A stretch of 64,000 nucleotides of DNA from an uncultured Clostridia bacterium (GTDB lineage: Bacteria; Bacillota; Clostridia; Christensenellales; Borkfalkiaceae). The notes under the pieces are model-generated. The model did no database searches, was not told the DNA's origin, and saw nothing but the letters and a program-made list of their open reading frames with translations. Numbering within the stretch: the first letter of the stretch is position 1; each line of letters begins with the position of its first letter. This document shows positions 7,695 to 17,900 of this stretch, one piece after another. Made by a program: the position numbers and the translations under genes. Location of the stretch: positions 6,755 to 70,754 of the forward strand of contig CAZQFP010000001.1 of NCBI GenBank assembly GCA_964592605.1. The letters are read 5' to 3'.

Positions 7695-10466
7695 TTAAAC
7701 GTAGCTTATTTGCCAAATTTTATCGAAAAGACCGATGTAGCTGTTAGGTTTTTGAACAAGCGTGTTTCTATCAATAACCTTATTGTTATAAACGCAAAGG
7801 TCCATTCTCTGATAGGTGGGCATTTCCACGTACAGCGACATTATCATATCAAGACATTCTGCATATTTGGGAATACGGTCGTCCTGTTCTGCATACGAAC
7901 GCGCTTCCATTATCTTATCGCTTAAGTTTTCAATAACGTTGCTTTCGTAGGGCCAGCTACCGGGAGCGCTTAAAATGTTTGTATAGTTCCAGTTCTTAAC
8001 GCTGGTTGCCTTACTGTCCTTGTGGTAAACCTGATACAGGTCGGGGTCGGTAGCCGCCGTCCACGCAGCCGCCCATATAGCAAGGTTACCGGTGTTCATC
8101 TTTTTGAGCGCCTGAATATCGGTTGCAACGGTAATTTTGAAACCGATTTCGTTTAACTCTCTTGCCGTATCAACAAACAGTTTGTATGTGGGGTGGTCCT
8201 TGGATTCGCCCGCGATTGTAAACGTGAAGTCAAGAGCCGAGCCCAAAGGCGCATTGTTCATGCCGTCCATAATTTTAGTCTTTTTATAGACGCCGTCTAC
8301 AAGTTCGTAGCCCGCCTGAGCTATAAGCGTTTTAACTTCTTCAAGGCTGGAGTCGTAAGCAACGCCCGAGTACTCGCCTACGGGTCTGGAGTTGCCGTCC
8401 TTAGGGTAAGCCCAGGAAGTGAGCGACATAGGTCTGTAAATTACCTGCGCAAGGTTTGCGCCTTCGCCGCCGTAATAGTCCTTAATGATATTTGCCGTGT
8501 TGAACGACTTCATTATAGCCTGTCTTACCTTATATTCGGGAACGTATTTGGGGTTGATGCCTATATAGCCGTAACCGCCAGTATAGTAATTTTCTTTGCT
8601 AAGGAAACTGCTGTTTTGAGTAACGGTTGCAATATTGGTCGTCGTTGCGTTGGGAGTACCGTAATCGATAGTTTTCGAAGTGAGCGCTTCCATAATTTTG
8701 TCGTCTGACATAACCTTGTAGTTGACGTACTTTATTTTAGCGTTCTGTATGCCGTTTTCCTTTCCGCCGCCAAGGGTATGGAAATTATCGTTACGCTTGA
8801 AATAAACCACGTTGTTTTCATAGAACGAATTACCGTCGGGATTGTCGCCGCCGCTTGCCGTGGTAGCCTTGTAAGCACCTGCGCCTACGGGCAACTTGTT
8901 CTTTTCGCTTGCCTTCAGAACGTCGTCGAAGAAGTTGCTGTCGCCCATTTCTATACCGAAATGAGTAATCTGCTCGCCGTCAAGCGCCTTGCCGCCGTTG
9001 TCGTTCAAGGCTTCCTGAACATAGTTTTTATGGTCCTTTTTAGCATAGTCTGTTGTGGAATAATAGTGCATGGGTGCAACCGTAAAGCCGAAGTTATATA
9101 CGGCTTTGGGGTCTATTCCGTTTACTTCTACCCTTAAAACGTAGTTGTTGTCAAGTTGTACGTTGCCCGCCGCCTTGTCTTTGAAGGTGCCGGAAGAAAG
9201 ATACGTCTTAATTCCTGAAACGGTGGGTACGGGAAGCGAGCCGCCCGCTTTGATTTCGTTGTAGTGTTCGGTACGCGCTTCGTTAGCAAACTTAGTTAAA
9301 ACTTCACTACCCGTTGCCCAATACAAAAGAATTTGGTCAAGAGTACTTTTATCGCTGTAGAAGTTGTATACGATATCAATACAAGCCGCTTTCTGAAGAG
9401 CAATTTTTGCGTCTGCGCGCGAAGGTTTTGTACCGGTAACGCTGTTGATATACTCGGTAATTTTGTCTTCAGTACAAGCCGCGTTAACCATATCTATATA
9501 GTCCTGGTGAACGGCAACGCCTTCCTGTCCGCCGTCTGCGTTGGGCTGCTGGGGATCGAGCGTGGTGTAGTAAAGTTCGCCGTCGTCCTTTTTGCCGTCG
9601 CCGTTTTTATCTTCAAACAACTGGTTCTTAACGGGGGGATCACTGTCTACCACCCAGCCTTCCTGTACCTTTACAACGCCTTCGTTGAAAAGATACGCCT
9701 GCCATGCTTCGGTAAATCTGTAAGAATCTTTATAGCTTTCGTACCAGCTGGTTTCGATAGCCGTCCAGTCGGTAGTGATTTCCTGTTTGAAAAGTTCGTA
9801 AGTTGTAGCAACGTCCGCCGCAATTTTTGCGTCTGCGGGCGTTGTTTCGGATTCGGGGCTGTCTTCAAGCCAGTCCAAAATAGCGTCAATTCTGTTCATT
9901 GCCGAAGCGGTGTATTCGGAATCGATATCTACCACGTCGTCGTCTTCAACGTTTCCGTCCTGCGCGCGGTAAGCCTTAAGTCCCACGATGTTCGTAGAAT
10001 AGAGCGTTGACGAACCTGAATACGAAGGGTCGAGATAAGTGTAAAGGTTGAAAAGTACGTCGTGAATGGTAAGATCGGTACCGTCGCTGAACTTTAAGCC
10101 GTTCTTAATTACGAACTCGTAAACGGTTTTGCCGTCTTCGTCGCCCTTAGTCGTTACGTTGCCGGCGGCGTCGTACATAGTTTCGTTGTAATACGCAACT
10201 GCGCAGGCTTCGTCGTAGCCGACCTTTATACCGCCCTTGTTATCTATGGAGAGCATAGTTATCTGCGTCATGGAAAGAATACTGCCGTCCGTTGCAGAAG
10301 TATAGAAGAACGGGTTGAAGTTGCCGTCAAGCGCCGCCGTGGAAAGCTGCAACTGACGCGTTTCGGTGTCTAACTTTGCACCGCCGCCGCACGCCGTTGC
10401 AAGCGTTGTGGAAAGCATTATCGCACCTAAACCAACACAGGCCAATCCTTTTAAAGTTTTTTTCAT
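7695..10466 (-). CDS. ABC transporter substrate-binding lipoprotein, family 5 (peptide/nickel type), unusually large (923 aa)
   Basis: Signal peptide with lipobox LATAC-GG. The family-5 motif region IKNGLKFSDGTDLTIHDVLFNLYTYLDP is present. Strong RBS GGAAGGAGA. First gene of the transporter block. Confidence 0.8.
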   Translation of the reverse strand: MKKTLKGLACVGLGAIMLSTTLATACGGGAKLDTETRQLQLSTAALDGNFNPFFYTSATDGSILSMTQITMLSIDNKGGIKVGYDEACAVAYYNETMYDAAGNVTTKGDEDGKTVYEFVIKNGLKFSDGTDLTIHDVLFNLYTYLDPSYSGSSTLYSTNIVGLKAYRAQDGNVEDDDVVDIDSEYTASAMNRIDAILDWLEDSPESETTPADAKIAADVATTYELFKQEITTDWTAIETSWYESYKDSYRFTEAWQAYLFNEGVVKVQEGWVVDSDPPVKNQLFEDKNGDGKKDDGELYYTTLDPQQPNADGGQEGVAVHQDYIDMVNAACTEDKITEYINSVTGTKPSRADAKIALQKAACIDIVYNFYSDKSTLDQILLYWATGSEVLTKFANEARTEHYNEIKAGGSLPVPTVSGIKTYLSSGTFKDKAAGNVQLDNNYVLRVEVNGIDPKAVYNFGFTVAPMHYYSTTDYAKKDHKNYVQEALNDNGGKALDGEQITHFGIEMGDSNFFDDVLKASEKNKLPVGAGAYKATTASGGDNPDGNSFYENNVVYFKRNDNFHTLGGGKENGIQNAKIKYVNYKVMSDDKIMEALTSKTIDYGTPNATTTNIATVTQNSSFLSKENYYTGGYGYIGINPKYVPEYKVRQAIMKSFNTANIIKDYYGGEGANLAQVIYRPMSLTSWAYPKDGNSRPVGEYSGVAYDSSLEEVKTLIAQAGYELVDGVYKKTKIMDGMNNAPLGSALDFTFTIAGESKDHPTYKLFVDTARELNEIGFKITVATDIQALKKMNTGNLAIWAAAWTAATDPDLYQVYHKDSKATSVKNWNYTNILSAPGSWPYESNVIENLSDKIMEARSYAEQDDRIPKYAECLDMIMSLYVEMPTYQRMDLCVYNNKVIDRNTLVQKPNSYIGLFDKIWQISYV

Positions 10467-10490
10467 TTTTATATCTCCTTCCTTGTTTGT

Positions 10491-11849
10491 TTACTTGTTT
10501 ATTTCTATTTCCGCGCCGCTTACGCTTACGGTTGTAAAGCGCTGTATGAACGCTTCGTCGCTACCTTCACCGCCGAACAGCCAGTTATTGGTAACGTACA
10601 CGCCGTCGGTCAAGGGAATGTTACTTATGCTTGAAGTTGCGGGAATTGTCATTGTCATCTTAATTCCGTCTATTGCAACGTTTTCAAGCGTGGCGCCAGC
10701 TTCCGCTTCGCGCGTTATTGCAAAGAACGACGCTACGGCGTTTGCTCTCACCTGTATGTTCAGAGTTATATCTTGGAACGTAAGGTCTTTAATGCTTGCA
10801 TCCTTTGTAAGTTTGCCTAATATTGAATAGTTAGAGCTTGCCGTTATAAATCCGCGCCCGGGATTGTAGGTAAGGTTTTTGATTGTAAAGCCGTTGCCTG
10901 CAATTTTTATGTTACACTCGCCTGTTTTAAGAGTAACGGAACGGTTGTCCATATCTATTTCTTTCTTCTCCACCGTGTTGAAGAAATAGTAGCTGTTGCC
11001 GCTGTTCAAGTTGAGTAGCATATTCGCAACGCCTGACGCATCCTTGACGATTACGTGCTTACCCGAAATGTATTTTGCGTAAATTTCGGAATCTTCGTCT
11101 TCACCTTCGCCGTTTTCACCGCGGGTATATCTGTCTATAGGTTGCGTACATTCGGCATCCTTATAGTATTGCAGGAAGGTATGTTCGGCACCTTCGGCAA
11201 CAGTAATACCGCTGAGCGATACCGTGCCGCTTTTGGGGAATATTGCACTGCCCACACTGTCGCCCGAGTTGAACGTATGCCCTTTCGCAAATTCTTCACC
11301 GTCGATCGTAACCGCTTTGTCAAGAGTTATCGATTGGTCGCTGACAAGTTTTACAAGCAGAACTTTTTCCTTCAACCAGTCCGCACAAAAATACCTGTGT
11401 TCGTCCTTCTTTATTTTACTTAAGTCCGCGGGAGTATCGGAAATTTGCAAAAGTTTTACCGCAATATTGTCGGCGTCTGCGGAAACCTGGTTTCCGTTTT
11501 CGTCGTAACACAGATAATCGGGGTTGCCGTCTGCGTCGACTTTAGCCGCATACCAGCCAAGGAAAATATAGCCGGGGCGTATAAGGTGATAGTTGGTGTC
11601 GCCGACGCATTCAAAGTCATCCGAAATAATATCGGCGTTTTCCCTGTAATACATATCTATCGTTTCTTTGCCCTGACCTATTTCACCGAACCAACCGCCG
11701 TTTGCGTAGTAAGTTACGCCCTGCATTGCGTTTTGACCTTCAAGAAATTCCCAAGCAGTCATTTCGCCGATACAACCGGCGCACAATACGCACAGCACCA
11801 TTGCCAACGCACAAAGTATTACGAATTTTACTTTAGTTTTAAAGTTCAT
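10491..11849 (-). CDS. hypothetical lipoprotein (452 aa)
   Basis: Signal peptide with lipobox LCAGC-IG. One GYIFLGWY segment resembles the Listeria/Bacteroides-type repeat (GYxFxGW). The rest is not recognised. Sits 24 nt upstream of the binding-protein gene on the same strand. Confidence 0.6.
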   Translation of the reverse strand: MNFKTKVKFVILCALAMVLCVLCAGCIGEMTAWEFLEGQNAMQGVTYYANGGWFGEIGQGKETIDMYYRENADIISDDFECVGDTNYHLIRPGYIFLGWYAAKVDADGNPDYLCYDENGNQVSADADNIAVKLLQISDTPADLSKIKKDEHRYFCADWLKEKVLLVKLVSDQSITLDKAVTIDGEEFAKGHTFNSGDSVGSAIFPKSGTVSLSGITVAEGAEHTFLQYYKDAECTQPIDRYTRGENGEGEDEDSEIYAKYISGKHVIVKDASGVANMLLNLNSGNSYYFFNTVEKKEIDMDNRSVTLKTGECNIKIAGNGFTIKNLTYNPGRGFITASSNYSILGKLTKDASIKDLTFQDITLNIQVRANAVASFFAITREAEAGATLENVAIDGIKMTMTIPATSSISNIPLTDGVYVTNNWLFGGEGSDEAFIQRFTTVSVSGAEIEINK

Positions 11850-11943
11850 TTTTTTCTCGCAAAAATATATTTTAAATTAACTTAAAATAAATTATAAACC
11901 AAAACGCAAAAACAAACAAGTTATATGCGCCGCAAAAAACAAC

Positions 11944-14900
11944 TTAATTGCGTTTTTTGAATTTTGCTACCATCGTTGCCGCAAACATTATGCCGACAGC
12001 GCCTAAAAGTACAAGGAAGCCGCCGTCAAAACCGCCGTCCGAGCCGATTGTTCCGCAACCTGAGCAATTACCGCCCTCTTCCCCTTCGTTAGGGTTGCCG
12101 CCCTGATTTTGCGATACCGTTACGTTTACTCTCAGTTTTACACCGTAACCTTCTACCTGAACGTATCTGTCAAGCGAGCTGAGCGCGCCGTCGGAGCCTG
12201 CACTCAACTTGATTTTGGACATATCTGCAAGCTCTTCAGAGAAGTCGTCGTATACGACTACCAGCTTAAGTCCGGACATATCGAACTTTTCACCCGACAC
12301 GTACGAAGTTTTGTGCGTGCTGTCTTCCGCAAGTTTAAGCGATTCAGCCTTTGTGGGGATACCGAACTTTGTTTTAATTGCACGAAGTTCTGTTTCGACA
12401 GCGGTGAGTTTTTCAATATTTTCCACACCGAGAAGCTCAAGCTGTTTAGAGTTGTAAACGCCACGGTTAATGTTGTCGTTTACCTGGTTTAAAAGTGCGT
12501 GCGCATCTTTAACTTCTTTGGCAAAAGCAGAAACCATTGCTTTGTTTTCGTCGTTTACGGTCAGGCTTGCCCAGCCCTTTACCGTTTCGGCAGATTCAAG
12601 CGCTTCGATTTTTTGCTTTAATTCGCTTGTAACTTCTTCAAGAATTTCTTCGCCCACTATTTTGTTAGCGAAGTACGCGTTATAAACAAAGTTGTTGTAA
12701 CCCGTTCCGTTGGAAGGATAGGTCATTGTAAGAGTTGCGGGGAATTTATTTGCCGCAATTAAATCGGTATTTACAATACCCGTATATTCGATAAAGCGGC
12801 TTTCAAAGTTGTAATAGAACATTGTGTTTATTCTTTGACCGGTTATCGAAGGGTATACCGAAGCAAGGTCTACGTATTCTTCCATAAGCACCGGAGCGGT
12901 CAACGAGCGGAACTCGTATTCCGTTATGCCGCTACCCGCAAACGCGTTTATGCCGACCGTCTTTAAGCTGTAGGGAAGAATTACCTTTGTTACCGGTGAA
13001 TTGCCCTGTGATTTAAGCAAGCCTGAGAACGCGTAGTCGCCTATTGCAACAGTGCCGTCCTTTACAGTGTACGTGCCCGTTGTCAGCGTGCTGGGGTAAA
13101 GCACAAGCTCGAATTCGTTTGACGTGATATAGCGGTAAAGCACGTTGTTTTCAACGAAGAATTTATCGTTTTCAGCTATTGAAATTCTGTTAAGTCTGGA
13201 AGTTGCAAATGCGCCTGCCCCGACGCTTTCAAGACTGGCGGGCAACGAAACGCTGTCTGCGCCGCCGCCGTAGAACGCAAGGTAGCCTATTGAAACCACT
13301 TTAGGCATTGAAACTGACGTGTATCTTGTAGACGAAGTCGTGCCGTCGTCAAGAATTACGCAGAACGCCAGGTCGCCGATATATTCAGCCGAAGCAAGGT
13401 TAAGCGATGAAAGTGCGGAACAGCCCCTGAACGCTTCGTCGCCGATAACTACAAGGTTTTCCATTCCTGTAACCTGCGCAAGACTTGAGCAGGCTTTGAA
13501 TGCGGCCGCTCCCGCTACTACAACGTTTTTAAGGTCAATATTTACAAGGCTACCGCATGCTTCAAACGCGCTTGCACCTATCGTAAGCGTATTGTCGCCG
13601 AGTGTTACGCTTGTAAGCGAGCTGTGATAAGTGCCTATGCCGTCGTTACCGGGATAGAACGTGTAGCTACCAGTTGTTGACGAGCCTGCACCGAACGTTA
13701 CCGTTGTAAGCGAATAGCATCCGAAGAATGTGTAAGCGCCGAGATAGGTGAGCGAAGGCAACTCTACGCTTTGCAGATTAAAACAGCCGTAGAACACTTC
13801 ACTGCCCATCATTGCGCCGCCGGTAATGCCGCTTTCGCCGACAACCACTGCGGGACCTGCGGGGAATTCAACGGTTAAAAGCGAAGTGCAGTTTTTAAAC
13901 GCGCTGTCCGAAATAACTTCGAGCAAAGAATTTTCAGCAAACTCAATCGTAGCGAGCGAACCGCATCCTTCAAACGCGCTTGCGCCTATAACTTTGACGC
14001 TTGCGGGAATTGTAATTGAAGTGATATTTTCCGCGCCGTACAGCAAGAAGTTAGGAATTTCCGCAATGGCGGGCAACTGCAACGTCTGCAAGTTGAGATA
14101 TGCGAACGCGCCTTCGCCGATTTTTGTTACGCTTGCGGGGATCGTAATAGTTGTTACGCCGCTTGCAAGAGTGCTGTCAGAGAACGCATAGGGAGCAATT
14201 TCCGTAGTATCGGACTTAATTGCCCAGCCCGCGCCTATCGTCTTGGGAGCAAGCACGAGCGTTGTGCCCGAATAGAGAGCGCCGTCCTGCGTGGTTATAC
14301 CCGTTATCGTTACGTTTGAATTTTTGAATACGCCGTCGCCGAAAGCAACGTCTTCGTTGGGCAATGCCACAGTTGTAAGCGACGGGCAGTTTGCAAACGC
14401 CATATCGCCGAGTGATACGACCTTATCTCCGGTAAACGTAACGCTGTTTAAGTTTGCACAATTATTGAACGCAAACGCGCCGATATAGAATTCGAGATTA
14501 GGTTGCGACGCTCCGAACGCTACGGTTTTAAGATTTATACAGTTTTCAAACGCATAATTGCCGACGCGAGCGCAGTTGATTTCAACGTTTTGCAACGAAG
14601 TACAGCCGTAGAACATATAGTCGCTTATTGACGTATATTTGCCGGTCGTTACCGTTGTAAGCGAAGTACAGCCGTAGAACACGCCGCACTTTTCGGAGTG
14701 AATTCCCGTAACGTAGCCGTTTTCGTCCACGTCGCAGAAGTATTCGTTGAAGGGCATTGAACCCGAGCCGGAATTGTGCAGACCGCTGATGTCGGCTTCT
14801 TCCAACTTGGAGCAGTTTGTAAACGCGCCCATGTTCATCGTGCCGATATTGTCCATTGCACGCACTTCTTCCAAAGCGGTACAATCTTTAAACACGAACT

Positions 14901-17900
14901 TATCGAGCGTTATCGTCTTTACGTTGCTGAAATCAACGAGTTTTAACGACGTACAGCCTTCGAACGCGTTCTGAAGTATTGAAGACAATTTCGAGTTTGC
15001 TATGGGCTGTTTGTCTTTAGATATAAAGTAAACTTCTTCCAGAGCGGTGCAGTTTTTAAACGCGCGCTCCTGAATTTGCGTTACCGTTTCGGGAATGACA
15101 ATCGAAGTAATGTTTTTGTTGTTCTTAAACGCATCCGGACCTATCGTAGTGATATTTTCGTTTACGGGAAGAACCACTTCGCCGCCAGTGCCGTTGTATT
15201 CTGTAAGCGTTGAGTTCGTAATTGTAAACGGATCCAAAACTCTTAGCGTTACGCTTGCGGAATAGCTTGATTCGGTGCCGTTTTCGTTGAGAACGACAGC
15301 CTTAATGAACGCGTTACCCTTTTCGTCGTATGTGGTAACTTTGCCGTTCTGGTCAACCGAAGCCACGTTTTCGTTGTCGCTCGTCCACTTCAGTTTAAGG
15401 TTATCAGCAGGGTAATACCACGGGTTGCAAATTACGTTTAAATTGAAGTTCTGTCCCGCGCTTACCGAAACAGTACCCACGGCAGGTTGCAAACCTTTAT
15501 CGCTGTTTTTTATTACTTCAAAGGAAATGGAATTGAGCCTTACGGTATTTTTAGCTTCCACTACCTTTACGTTAAGGAACTTTCTCGATTCGTTTTTACC
15601 GATAACGGTAATTGTGGTTTCGCCAACGCTCTTCGCGAAAATCTGTCCGTTTTTAACCAACGCAACGTCGGGATTGCCCGTTTCCCAACCGAAGTTGGAA
15701 AGATCGGCTTCACCAGTGCCGGTAAGTTTTACGGTGAACGCTTCGTTAAGTCCGAGCGTCAACTGCTTTTCGCCTTTTTTGTCAATCGTAATTTTGCTGT
15801 TTTCAGCGATGTCGAAGTTTTCGGGCAGATTTGCCGAATTTGTACTCGACATATTGAGAGTATAAACGGTGTAATTGAGTGCGTAATCCGTAACCTGTAC
15901 GTACAGACTGTTTTTGTACTTATCGCTCTTTAAAATATCGGTTATATCTATTGTAACAGTGGTTATATCGTTCTTCTTTGCATTGTATACGGGCGTTACA
16001 TAATTCGTTGCAAGCTGAATTACAACACTTCCGTCCGCGTTTGCGTTTTCGTCTTCCGAAGCGTAGCAAAGCATTACCGCCTGCGGGTAATGGTTATCGA
16101 AAACATCGAGTTCGAGCGTAGCCGTCTGAACTGCGTTTGCGCCTGTGCCAGAAGTTCTGTACTTAATGCGCGATTCTATGAGCACGGGGGCTTCGTAGTC
16201 CACGTAGAAAGTCATGTTGAACGTGTTGCCCTTTGCGTACTCAGCCTTCTCTTCCGCAGTCATCTTATCTTCCGCTTCCTTGTCTTCTATAGTGCGGTAG
16301 AAGTGGAATTCAAGCGCGTACTTGCCGTTGGCTTTAAGACCGAGCTGGTCGGGAGTATATTCGAGTTTTACGTTTGCAGGCACAGTTGAGCCGCCGCCGG
16401 AGAACGCCTTTGCTACCCTGTAAAGTTCGCGGTATTCGTTGCCGTTTTCGTCGTAAATAACTTCGCCCGTGTCTGCGTTGGTAAGCCTGTAAGTTACGAG
16501 TTCGGCGTTTCTTAAAAGTCCCGTATAGAGAGCTTTTAAGCCCGTAGTCGTCATATAGTTGCCAAGGTTTTCTTCGTCGGTGTAGTCGTTATAACGCGAT
16601 ATTGCCATGTGTTCGGCGTCGAAATAAATCTGCTGTTCGTTTTCGTCCTGAACGTAAATGTACGAACCCATGGGAATGGTGTAACGGTCGTTATAGTATG
16701 TTGCATACGGGTGCGTTGCCCAAACCTGGGGCTGGGGACGCGTAAGGTTCGTATACTGGCTGTCCTTGTCGTACTCGGCCTTTTTGTAGCAGTCCATATC
16801 GAGCATGGGAGCCTTACCCCAGTCGCCGTAGAAGCCCATGAACGGACAGGTAAGGTCGCACTGACCGTCGGTTTCGGCAATGAGCTTTAAGAAGCCTTCA
16901 ACGTACATACCGTTTACAAAGCTGTTTTCAAGGTAGTCCTTTTCCGTCTTGGTAAGCGTAAGCGTTACTGAAATTTCAGCCGTATCACCCTTTGAAACGG
17001 TGAAAGTTTGCCCGTCCGCAAGCGCGGTACCGTTTACTTTCCACGTACCCTTGTCTGAGAAGAGATGAGCCTTTTCCGCAACAGCCAAGCCGTTTAAAGC
17101 GGTCGTTTCGGTGAAGAATATTGCCTGCGTTTTGAACGTAAGACTGTCCGCGCCGAAGTTCTTGACTTTGAAAGTCATATTGTATACGCCGTTGCCCTTG
17201 TTTGAGCCTTTTTTAAGCATATCTGCGCCGAGTTCTATTTTGGGACGCTTGTCGTCGTCGTTATCGGTGTAAAGATATGCGTTTGTCGTAAACGCGTTAT
17301 CAAGCGTTGCAAGACCGGCGCCCTGTTTTCTGGGAGAATAAGGCAAGCCTTCCCTGTCGTAAACCGTAGTTGCCGTACTCATTAAAATCTGGTTGGTAAG
17401 CTCGGTGTACTTATCGGGAGTGCAAACCAAATTTTCGTTTGTTTTGATATAGCTTGTGAGAAGCGCCGCAAAGCCCGCCATGTTGGGCGAAGCCATCGAA
17501 GTACCGCTCTGCTCGTCGTAGCCGCCGGCAACGGTGGAAGTTATTTCACCGCCGTGCGCGGTTAAATCGGGTTTAAGTTTTAAATCGGGAGTTGCGCCCC
17601 AGCTGGAGTAATCGTTCATGAACGGACCTTCCTGGAAGGACTCGTTCAGCGTTATATAGCCCACTCTGCCGCCGTTGGTGGCTTTTCTTAAAAGTTCGCC
17701 CGCGTCAAGCGAAACCGAAGCCGACGGAATGGGATTTTCCATGTCGCCAAGGTTCATTCTTATTGTACCGGCAACGTTGTTGTAAACGATTATCGCCGCC
17801 GCACCGTTACGCATTGCAACGCCGACTTTGTCTTCAAACGTGTTGCTACCGCGCTGAACGACTGCAATTACGGGCTCTTCACCTTTAAATTCTTTGGAAA

